NCBI GenBank assembly: GCA_902553145.1
Contig: CACDKD010000002.1
Location: forward strand, 160,990 to 224,989
Direction of reading: 5' to 3'
Source of the DNA: an uncultured Gammaproteobacteria bacterium
GTDB taxonomy: Bacteria; Pseudomonadota; Gammaproteobacteria; Steroidobacterales; UBA11654
DNA length: 64,000 nt
Shown here piece by piece: positions 38,356-47,450 of this stretch; position 1 is the first letter of the stretch; each line of letters starts with the position of its first letter. The notes below the pieces were generated by a model. The model was not told the origin of the DNA and searched no databases. It was given only the letters and a program-made list of their open reading frames with translations. The translations under genes and the position numbers were made by a program.

Positions 38356-38889
38356 CTATGAATACCAAGAGTGTTTTCCAAATTGATTTGGTTTGACTTG
38401 TGTTTTGTGCTCATAAAAATACTCAAACCCTCTCATAACATTATCCAAGTATTTTTGAAGCTGCTTTCTGATAAAAAGGTTCCAAGCAAACCAACTTATG
38501 ACTGCATTCTTATATGGTAGTTTGGGGTTAACCTGAATGCTAAACACCGTTCTCTTATCAACCTCAAAAACTCTCCAATTCACGATGGTACCTCTTTTTC
38601 TTGCTCCAATCTTAAGATCATAGCCATCGTCGTTCCAGTTAAAGAATTCACGAGTATACTTAAGTCCATTTAGGTAAGTGATTTCATCTACGGACCCATC
38701 GCCTGGCCATTTTAAGGCAATATTGGAATGGCAATACGGATGAAACTGCTCAAGATTTCCCGGTCTTCTAATGATTTCCAATATCTCATCCTTAGAGCAT
38801 TCAAAGTTTGATTCTGCTTTTATGTATCGAATATCTAATCCTTGTCTGATAAATGATTGGGAGAAAGCAAATAGTGAGAGACAAACCAC
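38356..38889 (-). CDS. SRPBCC (START/polyketide-cyclase-like) superfamily protein
   Basis: 177 aa. The size and beta-rich pattern with a C-terminal helix resemble SRPBCC ligand-binding proteins. The start is uncertain: the track start overlaps the upstream gene by 55 nt. Confidence 0.4.
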   Translation of the reverse strand: MVCLSLFAFSQSFIRQGLDIRYIKAESNFECSKDEILEIIRRPGNLEQFHPYCHSNIALKWPGDGSVDEITYLNGLKYTREFFNWNDDGYDLKIGARKRGTIVNWRVFEVDKRTVFSIQVNPKLPYKNAVISWFAWNLFIRKQLQKYLDNVMRGFEYFYEHKTQVKPNQFGKHSWYS

Positions 38890-39860
38890 TCCTCTCCTCT
38901 ATTGATGCTAAAGAATTCTGAGCATGCAATATAAAATAATCTCCACCTGTAAAAATGGATGGATGGTTTTTGGTAATGTTGTTTAAAGATGCTGATGATC
39001 ATTTCCTTTTTTTGATCATGAATTTTAAGCCATTCATCAAGAGTTCTTGTGTATTGTGCACCATTGACTCTCCATATTTTCTTTACATCGAATGCATCGA
39101 AATAAGAAAAAATATCATTTGATGGCATTATTCCGCCTCTAAAAAAATTGCGTGTCATCCAATCTTTTTCACCGGATTCCTCATACAGGTATGCAGTTTC
39201 TTTGTGGCAGAAGATATGAATAAAAAGCAATCCATCTGGTTTTAGAAAATGTTTAACTTTTTCCAAAAGGTCTTTGTAGTTTCTCATGTGCTCAAACATC
39301 TCAATGGAGACAACGCGATCAAATTCTTTTTCTAAACTCAATGAATTTACATCTTGCACTTCAGGATGAATATTTTTGAGATTTTTTTCTTTTGCTATAT
39401 TTTCTATGTGTTCGATCTGATCCTTTGAGTTGCTCACAGAATAAACATTGCAATTGGGAAATCGCTCTGCGAGAAACAATGACAAACTTCCCCATCCGCA
39501 TCCTAGGTCAAGAATTGTTTGACCGTCTTCTATTTGTGCTCTTTCTAAATACAATTCCATCATCTCAATTTCTGCCTCTCCCAGTGTTGTGGTCTCTTCA
39601 TCAAACAAACAACATGAATACTTGAGTCTGGGTCCGAGCACTGCTTTGAAATAGTCTGCTGGGACCTCATAGTGTTGCTCATTGGCATCAATGGTATTTT
39701 CAGCAATTGGTCCTCTGTTTAAGCCATCGATGACCGATTTCTTCTTGTCTTCGCTCATTGCTTCAGTGAGTCGAGAGAGGCTGAATTGCTTGATAAAGAG
39801 CCTGAGCAATGAATCGGGAACCAATCCACGTTCTGCAAGATAAATTCCAAATGAAATCAT
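38835..39860 (-). CDS. cyclopropane-fatty-acyl-phospholipid synthase family SAM-dependent methyltransferase
   Basis: 341 aa. HYE.P..FF...LG..L.YSC.. (CMAS N-region), SAM motif I ILDLGCGWGSL, and FD.VVSIEMFEH. Confidence 0.8.
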   Translation of the reverse strand: MISFGIYLAERGLVPDSLLRLFIKQFSLSRLTEAMSEDKKKSVIDGLNRGPIAENTIDANEQHYEVPADYFKAVLGPRLKYSCCLFDEETTTLGEAEIEMMELYLERAQIEDGQTILDLGCGWGSLSLFLAERFPNCNVYSVSNSKDQIEHIENIAKEKNLKNIHPEVQDVNSLSLEKEFDRVVSIEMFEHMRNYKDLLEKVKHFLKPDGLLFIHIFCHKETAYLYEESGEKDWMTRNFFRGGIMPSNDIFSYFDAFDVKKIWRVNGAQYTRTLDEWLKIHDQKKEMIISIFKQHYQKPSIHFYRWRLFYIACSEFFSINRGEEWFVSHYLLSPNHLSDKD

Positions 39861-39862
39861 TT

Positions 39863-40483
39863 TTATTGTGCCGTTGTGGGATTAATGATTGGAATCCAAT
39901 CTATGACTTCTGCCACATTGCTTGTCTGGGTTTGTGCGCCCATTTCATTCTCAAATAAGAGGTTTCTATTGAGGTTGTATTTTCTCGCAATGACTGTATA
40001 AACAGTTGTCGAGGCAAAAAGAGCTTTGCCTTCGTAGGCACCCTCCTTGATGATATTGGTGCCAGGTTCTACCTCTAGGGGATCTTTGAGAAATGCCGAA
40101 GTTAAATCTCCAGTGGATTTGTATCTCATGCATTTTCTTTTATTGATTTTATTTTGAGTGTTCAAAGTACAAACCGAATCATCTCTGATGATCTCTCTGG
40201 TTTCTGAATCATTGGAAAGAATGACAAAAAATGGGAAATCATTTTCCAATGACAGTTCTGCAGATCTCAAGAGGGAATAATCGACCACCTTTTGTGCTTC
40301 AGCGTCGGACTTGTTGATCCACTGAGAACCTTCATAGACAACCCTGTAGTGATTTGCTCCTCCGTCAATAAGCTCTTCCTTGAAACCGTCGATGATGCTC
40401 TGGTTGAGATTGCCAGTGGAAGTACAAGCTAGAATCATTGAAGTTGATGCAATGCTTAGTATATTTCTTATGCGATATTTCAT
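39863..40483 (-). CDS. hypothetical lipoprotein
   Basis: 206 aa. The signal ends in the lipobox MILAC. No recognisable domain. Confidence 0.55.
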   Translation of the reverse strand: MKYRIRNILSIASTSMILACTSTGNLNQSIIDGFKEELIDGGANHYRVVYEGSQWINKSDAEAQKVVDYSLLRSAELSLENDFPFFVILSNDSETREIIRDDSVCTLNTQNKINKRKCMRYKSTGDLTSAFLKDPLEVEPGTNIIKEGAYEGKALFASTTVYTVIARKYNLNRNLLFENEMGAQTQTSNVAEVIDWIPIINPTTAQ

Positions 40484-40484
40484 T

Positions 40485-41291
40485 TTAGGTTTCTTTTTTC
40501 TCGTATCTTCCAGGCGCGAGTGTATTTTCCAATAAGCGAATAAACCAATATGGAGTCGCCTTCAACAGAAATACCAAAATTTTATAGGTTTTTGTTGGAA
40601 CGCATATAGATTTCCCCTTAAACATGGCATCCACTCCTTCTTTTGCGATTCTCTCCGCACTGAATTTCATAAATGAAGGGACATCATCCATCATCTTTTG
40701 AACATTGCTGGCTGTGTGAAAATTTGTCACAGTAAAGCCGGGGCAAACAGAGGTAGACGTGATCCCAATATGGTTGTAACTGGAGTTCATTGCATCACTG
40801 AATCTGTTCATGAAGCTTTTGATTGGACCATAAAGAACCTGAATCGCAGAAGGAGGTGCAAATGCTGCAACGGAAGAAACGATCATGATTTTACCGTTGC
40901 GCTTCTCGACCATGTCTCTGACAAATAGTTTAGTGAGACTGATCACAGACGTTGCTAAAACCCGTATGAATTTCTCTTCATCTTCCAAAGAGGTCACATG
41001 AAATGGCGTGGCTATACCATACCCCGCATTGTTTATAAGAATCTCAATGTTGTATCCCCTTTCTTTTGTGGTTTGGTAAATATGTCTTACAGACTCTTTA
41101 TTGGCCAAGTCACTGGAAATATAATCGGATGTAATTCCAAATTCTTCTGATAACCGCTTGCAGCAATCCTGAAGATTTTGTTCATTTCTAGAAACCAAAA
41201 CTATGTTATATCCTCTGTTCGCAAGATCTTTTGCAATTTCGAAACCGATGCCAGATGAACCGCCCGTGATTAGTGCAAATGAATTACTCAT
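40485..41291 (-). CDS. short-chain dehydrogenase/reductase (SDR)
   Basis: 268 aa. ALITGGSSGIGFEIA, NNAGYG, YGPIK. Hydrophobic C-terminal helix, like the SDR at 32333..33136. Confidence 0.85.
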   Translation of the reverse strand: MSNSFALITGGSSGIGFEIAKDLANRGYNIVLVSRNEQNLQDCCKRLSEEFGITSDYISSDLANKESVRHIYQTTKERGYNIEILINNAGYGIATPFHVTSLEDEEKFIRVLATSVISLTKLFVRDMVEKRNGKIMIVSSVAAFAPPSAIQVLYGPIKSFMNRFSDAMNSSYNHIGITSTSVCPGFTVTNFHTASNVQKMMDDVPSFMKFSAERIAKEGVDAMFKGKSICVPTKTYKILVFLLKATPYWFIRLLENTLAPGRYEKKET

Positions 41292-41330
41292 AATTTAACA
41301 ACCCTTTTTCTTTATTTTGCTCGTATTAAG

Positions 41331-41960
41331 TCATGGAATCAACCAGGATGCTTGATGCTCCCCGGTCGTCCAATTGTGAATGGCTCTTCGGTGACCGCTC
41401 TTTTTTAGGTACAAGAATTCCATCGATTCAAACTGGAATACGAGCACGCAAAAATTTTGAAATCCATCATTAGACTCAAGATCAAATGTAGAAGGGTCAT
41501 ATTCAGAGGGATCTTCAATTTTTGTGCCTGGAGGACCGCCGACAAAATAACACTCTTTTGACATTTCTTGAGATAATGCCCAGGAACCTTTTGTCACCTC
41601 GTCCTTATGATGAAGGTTTATCTTTCCATCAAACCTTATTTGGATCTTTAAACTTGGATCATAACCATGAACCGATGCATGAGAGTCTTTCCTAATTTGC
41701 TCTAGCTTTATTGACCTGAAATCAGTATGAAATCTGATCAACCTTTTTTCTGGATCAAATTCTCTTAAAACCATTGTACGAGTTGAAACCCTTTTGCCAT
41801 CGAAGGTTGATAACGTTGGAGTATGGAAAAGAGTGTGCCTATTTTTTGATGCAATCTCCAAAATATGAAATGCAGAGTCCAACGTTTGATCAAGCTCTAT
41901 ATATTCCTCGGGTAAGGATAAGAGCCCTGTGGATTTTTCATTCAGTTTCTTTTGGATCAT
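41331..41960 (-). CDS. pyridoxamine 5'-phosphate oxidase-like FMN-binding protein
   Basis: Split-barrel pattern: G.VSTRTMVLREFD...L.FHTD.RS.K..QI. The C-terminal LEF......HRR resembles the PdxH IEFWQG..RLHDR. Likely start is M8 at 41960 (the track gives 41981). Confidence 0.55.
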   Translation of the reverse strand: MIQKKLNEKSTGLLSLPEEYIELDQTLDSAFHILEIASKNRHTLFHTPTLSTFDGKRVSTRTMVLREFDPEKRLIRFHTDFRSIKLEQIRKDSHASVHGYDPSLKIQIRFDGKINLHHKDEVTKGSWALSQEMSKECYFVGGPPGTKIEDPSEYDPSTFDLESNDGFQNFCVLVFQFESMEFLYLKKSGHRRAIHNWTTGEHQASWLIP

Positions 41961-42010
41961 TATCAAAAATTTTAAGTACAATACTCTGATTATATTTGAT
42001 TTAAATTACT

Positions 42011-43585
42011 ATGAGTGAAAATGATTACCCAAAGGTCGGTGGAAGATCAGCAAAAATAGCGCTGGTTCTTCTTGTCATTGTTTACATATTTAATTTTGTA
42101 GACAGGCAAATACTTTCGGTCCTTGCAGAAGAAATTAAGGCTGATCTGAATATCACTGACAGTGATTTGGGTTTTCTTTTTGGCACCGCATTTGCAGTTT
42201 TTTATTCAATTTTTGGAATTCCGCTTGGAAAATTGGCGGACACTTGGTCTAGAAAAAATTTACTAAGCATCGGTCTGGCACTTTGGAGCTTAATGACTGC
42301 ATTATCAGGTACGGCAAAATCATTGACTGCATTATCCGTTTATCGAATTGGTGTGGGGATTGGTGAATCGACAGCCAGTCCTTCCTCCTATTCAATCCTT
42401 TCGGATTATTTTTCACCTAAAGTCCGATCAACCATTCTATCGATCTATTCGAGTGGCGTTTATCTTGGTGCAGGAATTGGTCTTTTTCTTGGTGGCTGGA
42501 TTGTTGAACTCTGGACAGAAGCATACCCAGATCCTAGTCTCGCTCCTCTGTCCCTCAAGGGATGGCAAGCTGCATTTGTACTGGTTGGATTACCAGGTGT
42601 TTTGCTTGCATTCTTTACATGGCAAATAAAAGAGCCCAAAAGAGGTGGAAGCGAAGGAATCGAATCAATCATAACCACTGATCCATTGACTGCATTAAAA
42701 GATGAATTCATTGGTATCTCACCTTTTGTTATCTTTTCAGCAGATAATCGACTCAGAGCCACCGTGATCAATTTACTCATGGCATCACTCATCAGCTCAT
42801 TGTGTTTCACACTCTATAAACTCACAGGGGATCTGATTCAATGGCTCGCATTCGGTTTGGGCGCATATATTTTGAGTTGCTGGATTCAGGGACTCAAATT
42901 CAGGGATCCAGTGACCTTTGCTCTATTATTTAAAACAAAATCACTCATTTTTACAGTCGTCGGATTTCCATTCATATCATTCGTAACCTATTCAATTGCA
43001 GCATTTGGGCCAGCTTTTTACATGCGGAATTTTGGAATTACCGAGGGTGAAGTTGCAACAATTCTCGGACTAATTACTGCTGTTTTCGGAACATTGGGCG
43101 TGGTTATTGGAGGATATATTGGGGATCGATTAAGAGAGAAGCATGTCAATGGAAGGCTTTATGTAGGTTTTGGGTTAATCGTACTTGCTGTGCCAATGGC
43201 AATGGGAATGTTATTCACAGAGAGTCTTTTAATGTCCTATGTTTACTACTCACTCTTCCAGATTGCCACACCGATGTGGGTTGGAATTGCGCCGACAACT
43301 GTTTCTGATTTAGTGCTTCCAAGAATGAGAGGAGTTGCAGGCGCCTACTACATTCTAATGGTCAGTATGCTGGGGCTTGCACTTGGTCCTTATACCATTG
43401 GATATATCAGTGACTACTTCTTTTCTCTTGGATATTCCGATGCCATTTCACTCAAGTATGCATTGGCTTGGGGTCAGTCTGCACTTTTGATAACTGTGAT
43501 TGCTCTTATAGGTGCTTGTTATTATCTGCCGAAAGAAGAGCCAACAAAATTGGACAGAGCAAGAAAGCTGGGTGAATCTGTCTAA
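42011..43585 (+). CDS. MFS transporter
   Basis: 524 aa with about 12 or more TM segments. MFS motif A-like GKLADTWSRKNLL, and FVDRQILSVLAEEIK typical of spinster-like MFS proteins. Confidence 0.8.
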   Translation: MSENDYPKVGGRSAKIALVLLVIVYIFNFVDRQILSVLAEEIKADLNITDSDLGFLFGTAFAVFYSIFGIPLGKLADTWSRKNLLSIGLALWSLMTALSGTAKSLTALSVYRIGVGIGESTASPSSYSILSDYFSPKVRSTILSIYSSGVYLGAGIGLFLGGWIVELWTEAYPDPSLAPLSLKGWQAAFVLVGLPGVLLAFFTWQIKEPKRGGSEGIESIITTDPLTALKDEFIGISPFVIFSADNRLRATVINLLMASLISSLCFTLYKLTGDLIQWLAFGLGAYILSCWIQGLKFRDPVTFALLFKTKSLIFTVVGFPFISFVTYSIAAFGPAFYMRNFGITEGEVATILGLITAVFGTLGVVIGGYIGDRLREKHVNGRLYVGFGLIVLAVPMAMGMLFTESLLMSYVYYSLFQIATPMWVGIAPTTVSDLVLPRMRGVAGAYYILMVSMLGLALGPYTIGYISDYFFSLGYSDAISLKYALAWGQSALLITVIALIGACYYLPKEEPTKLDRARKLGESV

Positions 43586-43588
43586 TAC

Positions 43589-44398
43589 CTAATTTGGGTC
43601 GTAAATGGCCCAAATCTTTACTACTCCCTGAGGCACTATGAAATCTCCTTTCCATCCTGTTGGAACTATGATGCCCTCTCCGGGATTGATTTCAGAAGAA
43701 TTGCCAGCTTCGTCAATCATCAGTATCTGGCCTGAAATCACATACATGAATTCATCATAGGTCCAATCCGATGGAATATTGGCTTTACTGGATTCCCAAA
43801 ATCCTAAAGAAAAAGATTCATCCGCATTATTGAATGTCTGCTCTTCTTTTGTTCTAAGACCATTTTTCCCTTCATCGAATTTTTTCATGGCCATAGAATT
43901 CATGATGAAATCGGAACGATAATTAAGTCTAGCATCACCGTAGATGTCTCTGTCTGGATCATTCATTGTTGCAACCAATCCATCATAAAAATAAATGGCT
44001 TCAAGATCTTTTGTGATTTCAAATGTTCCCATCCAACCTTTTGGAATCAATAGGCCCTCACCTGATACAAATTTATTGGATTCTCCTGAAGTTGTTTTTG
44101 TCACTATTTCACCGGACTTGAGTAAAAAGAAAACATTGTATGGATAAGGCGTATCAATCTCTTCTGAACCCGCTTTTGATTTCCAAAGACCAATGCTGAA
44201 GTTTTCGTCCTGACTCATAAAAAGCTCAATATCGGCAGAATCCCAAAGCCCATAACCTGAATCATATTCTGAAAATGGCATTGACTTAAGCCTTTCAATC
44301 GAAGAGTCATTTATCAGTTCTGCTCCATTAATATTGATGGATGCAAAAAAGGTTGATGCTATTAAATATTGAATTACTCTTTTCATTCTTTTTCTCAT
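43589..44398 (-). CDS. exported bicupin protein (two cupin_3/DUF861-like domains)
   Basis: Signal peptide followed by two homologous halves: GLWKSKAGSEEI...FFLLKSGEI...GEGLLIPKGWMGTFEI and GFWESSKANIPS...MYVISGQI...GEGIIVPTGWKGDFIV. Confidence 0.65.
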   Translation of the reverse strand: MRKRMKRVIQYLIASTFFASININGAELINDSSIERLKSMPFSEYDSGYGLWDSADIELFMSQDENFSIGLWKSKAGSEEIDTPYPYNVFFLLKSGEIVTKTTSGESNKFVSGEGLLIPKGWMGTFEITKDLEAIYFYDGLVATMNDPDRDIYGDARLNYRSDFIMNSMAMKKFDEGKNGLRTKEEQTFNNADESFSLGFWESSKANIPSDWTYDEFMYVISGQILMIDEAGNSSEINPGEGIIVPTGWKGDFIVPQGVVKIWAIYDPN

Positions 44399-44874
44399 TT
44401 ATTTATTTTTAATCTGATATCAAAGCCATCGATTGGATATCTAGTGTGCTGTTCATAAACCGATTTAACCCTATCCAGAAGTGTCTCAGGCATATTGGAT
44501 GCTTTTCTAGACTTCATATCGACATGGACAACGAGTGTCTCAGAAATGGCCGATAGTTTTCTATCTTTATTCATCAAGACACCAACTATGTGAATTAGCT
44601 TTTTATTAAAATCATGAATCCTAAACATTGATATTACATCTTCCCCTTCCAAGAATTCATACATGTATCTCAGACTGTCTTCAATTGCAAAGCAAGAATA
44701 TCCCATTTGCAAATAATCCTCATCGAACCCAATTTCTTCGAAAAGGTTTCTTGAGTTCTCATCAAAAGCTTGCAGGTAATAAGCCACATTCATATGACCG
44801 TTTTGATCACACATGTCATTCGAAACAGAAAATGTTGGGGCTACGTATGGAAGGATATTCTCAAAATCAGTCAT
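44395..44874 (-). CDS. acyl-CoA thioesterase, 4HBT/hotdog fold
   Basis: 159 aa. DMCDQNGHMNVAYYLQAFDE motif. Paralogue of 37901..38317. Confidence 0.7.
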   Translation of the reverse strand: MTDFENILPYVAPTFSVSNDMCDQNGHMNVAYYLQAFDENSRNLFEEIGFDEDYLQMGYSCFAIEDSLRYMYEFLEGEDVISMFRIHDFNKKLIHIVGVLMNKDRKLSAISETLVVHVDMKSRKASNMPETLLDRVKSVYEQHTRYPIDGFDIRLKINK

Positions 44875-44883
44875 TAAAAAATC

Positions 44884-45339
44884 CTAAGTTCTATTTTTTA
44901 CATACATGTTAATCTTTGCCCTAAAGACAATTTGATCATTGAGGTCTTTAATTTCTACTGGAACAACTATGGTGCCTTCCTGATTCCAATCAATTTCAGA
45001 TCCGTCTGAAACGGCAATTAAGTTTGTTTCTGCTTTTTTTAGATATTCCACAGTCATCCCTGATGGAATCCATTGTTTGTCTCTTGGCAATGATGCTTCT
45101 ATCATCAATCCTCCAGACAACTCTGCCATGTTGCACATGGCTATTGCATGAACGGTTTTAATGTGATTCGTAACAGACCTTCTCTTCTTGAGTCGGACCT
45201 CACATCTGTTTTTCTTTAATTCAGTAATTTGCGACCGAATGGAGAAAAAATATGGGGCATTCATGCAGACCATGAATGTAAATATTCTTTTGCCAAATGG
45301 AATTCCTTCTAACTTTTCGAATAAATCTAAAACTTTCAT
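44884..45339 (-). CDS. hotdog-fold protein (DUF4442/PaaI-like thioesterase)
   Basis: The pattern N....VHAIA..N.AEL..G, followed by GM.VEYLKKA, is typical of DUF4442. I prefer M17 at 45339 (MKVLDLFEKL). The track start 45387 would overlap the divergent gene. Confidence 0.55.
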   Translation of the reverse strand: MKVLDLFEKLEGIPFGKRIFTFMVCMNAPYFFSIRSQITELKKNRCEVRLKKRRSVTNHIKTVHAIAMCNMAELSGGLMIEASLPRDKQWIPSGMTVEYLKKAETNLIAVSDGSEIDWNQEGTIVVPVEIKDLNDQIVFRAKINMYVKNRT

Positions 45340-45375
45340 CTTGTCATTGCTCCTTAAGAACGTGATTATAGTGGG

Positions 45376-46221
45376 ATGAGTAATCAATCTAAGTTACTTC
45401 TTTTGGCATCTATTATAGGCACATTTCTAGCCATCTATTCAATCATGGAAACCAATAAAAATTTCTCCTCGCTTCCTGACAATATTATTGCAACTGTCAA
45501 TGACAAAATCATACCCAGTGATAAATATCAAACCATCATTAATTTGATTCAAAATGACAAACGTGATGAATTGACAAAAGCTGATCGGGAAATGGCATTA
45601 GATCGAATTATAGAAGAGGAGCTTTTGGTTCAATATGCCTACAAGAATGGGTTCCTGGAAGCAGATGATCTTTTGAGAAAAAGCATTGTCAGATCAGTGG
45701 TTGATTCAATAGTAGAGCAAGCATTATCGGTAGTACCAACAGAACAAGATCTGCTGAAATTCTATGAAGTCAATCGACAAACCTTTGCAATCGATGAAAA
45801 GTATCGAGTTGTGATACTCTCTTCCCAGAATCGATCAGATATCGATGAGGGCAAAGTAATTTGGCAAAGTAACTATGATTTAACGTTATTGAGGCAAACA
45901 TTTAAAAGCATTGACCGATTGGATATTCCTACTGGATTTATTTCAAAAATCAGATTAGGAACCTTGATTGGCCCTTTGCTCAGGGACAAAGTTTTGTCTC
46001 TGCAAGTGGGTGAGACAAGTCAAACATTAAAGACGATCTATGGATACTCAATCGTTACATTGGTTGACAAGAAGGATCGAGTTATCCCAGAGTTCAAAGA
46101 AATTAGCGAAATTGTATTGCAGGAATATAAAAGACAACAACGAGAGGAGATACTTGAAGAATTATTGAAAGATTTAAAAAGGCAATCTGACATTAAAATC
46201 AATGAGGGTTTCACAAATTAA
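45376..46221 (+). CDS. membrane-anchored SurA-N/parvulin-like peptidyl-prolyl isomerase family protein (degenerate)
   Basis: 281 aa. N-terminal TM, a helical chaperone-like region, and a C-terminal LQVGETSQTLKTIYGYSIVTLVD resembling the parvulin G..S.P..T..G.HII motif without the His. Confidence 0.45.
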   Translation: MSNQSKLLLLASIIGTFLAIYSIMETNKNFSSLPDNIIATVNDKIIPSDKYQTIINLIQNDKRDELTKADREMALDRIIEEELLVQYAYKNGFLEADDLLRKSIVRSVVDSIVEQALSVVPTEQDLLKFYEVNRQTFAIDEKYRVVILSSQNRSDIDEGKVIWQSNYDLTLLRQTFKSIDRLDIPTGFISKIRLGTLIGPLLRDKVLSLQVGETSQTLKTIYGYSIVTLVDKKDRVIPEFKEISEIVLQEYKRQQREEILEELLKDLKRQSDIKINEGFTN

Positions 46222-46227
46222 TCATCG

Positions 46228-47430
46228 ATGAGTATTTTTAGGGCAATATTCATAGCATCATTGATTTTCTTATCTTTTCAGGATCTTTCGTTCGCTCATA
46301 CAAAAAGTGTGTCTTACTCGACTTGGATAATCCAAGAAGATCAGGCGATTCTTGATTTCACAGTCTCATCTAGAGAAGTAACAAAATTGAAGGAATATCA
46401 ATTAAATTATCCAGATTTAGAGAAAAGCATAACGAATCATTTAGTCAAAAATATTACATCGGAGCAGATTCTTCCTAGTCCCTCTGTGAATATTCTCAAT
46501 ACAGAAATCGGCACAACAGGCATTTCTCTTAAATTTGATATCAACCAGGCCGATGATTTTACTATCGATATGAATGTATTTTTTGATCAAATTCCAGGTC
46601 ATATTCACTATGCAAAAATTAATCAAAAAGACTATAAAAAGACTATAGCACTCAATCAAAATAGTCATGAAATAGTTATCTTGAATAATGAGAGCGAAAC
46701 GATAAAACCAGTGCCTTTTGATTCATTCAAACAGCATGTTGGTCTTGGCTTTGCCCACATTCTTGAAGGGATTGATCATTTACTTTTTTTACTCGCTTTA
46801 CTTATTTTATGCAACTCGCTCAAAAGTCTTATTTTTGCTGCGACAGGCTTTACCATTGGCCACAGTTTAACCTTGGCACTTGCAGCCTCTAATGTAGTCA
46901 TTCCTCAAGTCAATATAATTGAATCCTTGATTGGATGGACAATTGTCCTGGCAAGCATTGAATCTTTAAATCTTCCAAACAATGAACTCAAAAAAATACA
47001 GTGGGTTATTTCAGCCATAGCAATCATGTCATTCATTTTCATTGTTTTTAATATGATTGATCTCAGTGGTGGTTTTATTTTTGGGCTTGGCCTTTTGTCA
47101 CTGGCAATACTGAAATTGAATGAAGACGTCGAGCAAGCTAATAAGTTGAGACCAATGCTGGCAATTATTTTTGGAACCATCCATGGATTTGGATTTGCAA
47201 ATATTCTCAATGAAATCAGTTTGGATAGAGCAAATTTTTTAGTTTCACTTGTGGGATTCAATATCGGTGTTGAAATCGGTCAGATACTCGTTCTTTTGAT
47301 CATGTGGTTCATTGTGTCCTTTCTCATGAGAAGAATACTGGCTGAACACATGCAAAAGATAACCGAGATAGTCTCTTCATTCTTATGTTCAATTGGTCTA
47401 TATTGGTTTCTGATGCGTTTATTTGGATAG
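46228..47430 (+). CDS. HupE/UreJ family metal (Ni/Co-type) transporter with an extra N-terminal periplasmic domain
   Basis: 400 aa. The signal ends LSFA|H, so the mature N-terminal residue is His. After about 170 aa comes GLGFAHILEGIDHLLFLLALL (HupE/UreJ signature) and about 6 TM segments. Confidence 0.7.
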   Translation: MSIFRAIFIASLIFLSFQDLSFAHTKSVSYSTWIIQEDQAILDFTVSSREVTKLKEYQLNYPDLEKSITNHLVKNITSEQILPSPSVNILNTEIGTTGISLKFDINQADDFTIDMNVFFDQIPGHIHYAKINQKDYKKTIALNQNSHEIVILNNESETIKPVPFDSFKQHVGLGFAHILEGIDHLLFLLALLILCNSLKSLIFAATGFTIGHSLTLALAASNVVIPQVNIIESLIGWTIVLASIESLNLPNNELKKIQWVISAIAIMSFIFIVFNMIDLSGGFIFGLGLLSLAILKLNEDVEQANKLRPMLAIIFGTIHGFGFANILNEISLDRANFLVSLVGFNIGVEIGQILVLLIMWFIVSFLMRRILAEHMQKITEIVSSFLCSIGLYWFLMRLFG

Positions 47431-47450
47431 AATACTTTAAAGGGGGAACA

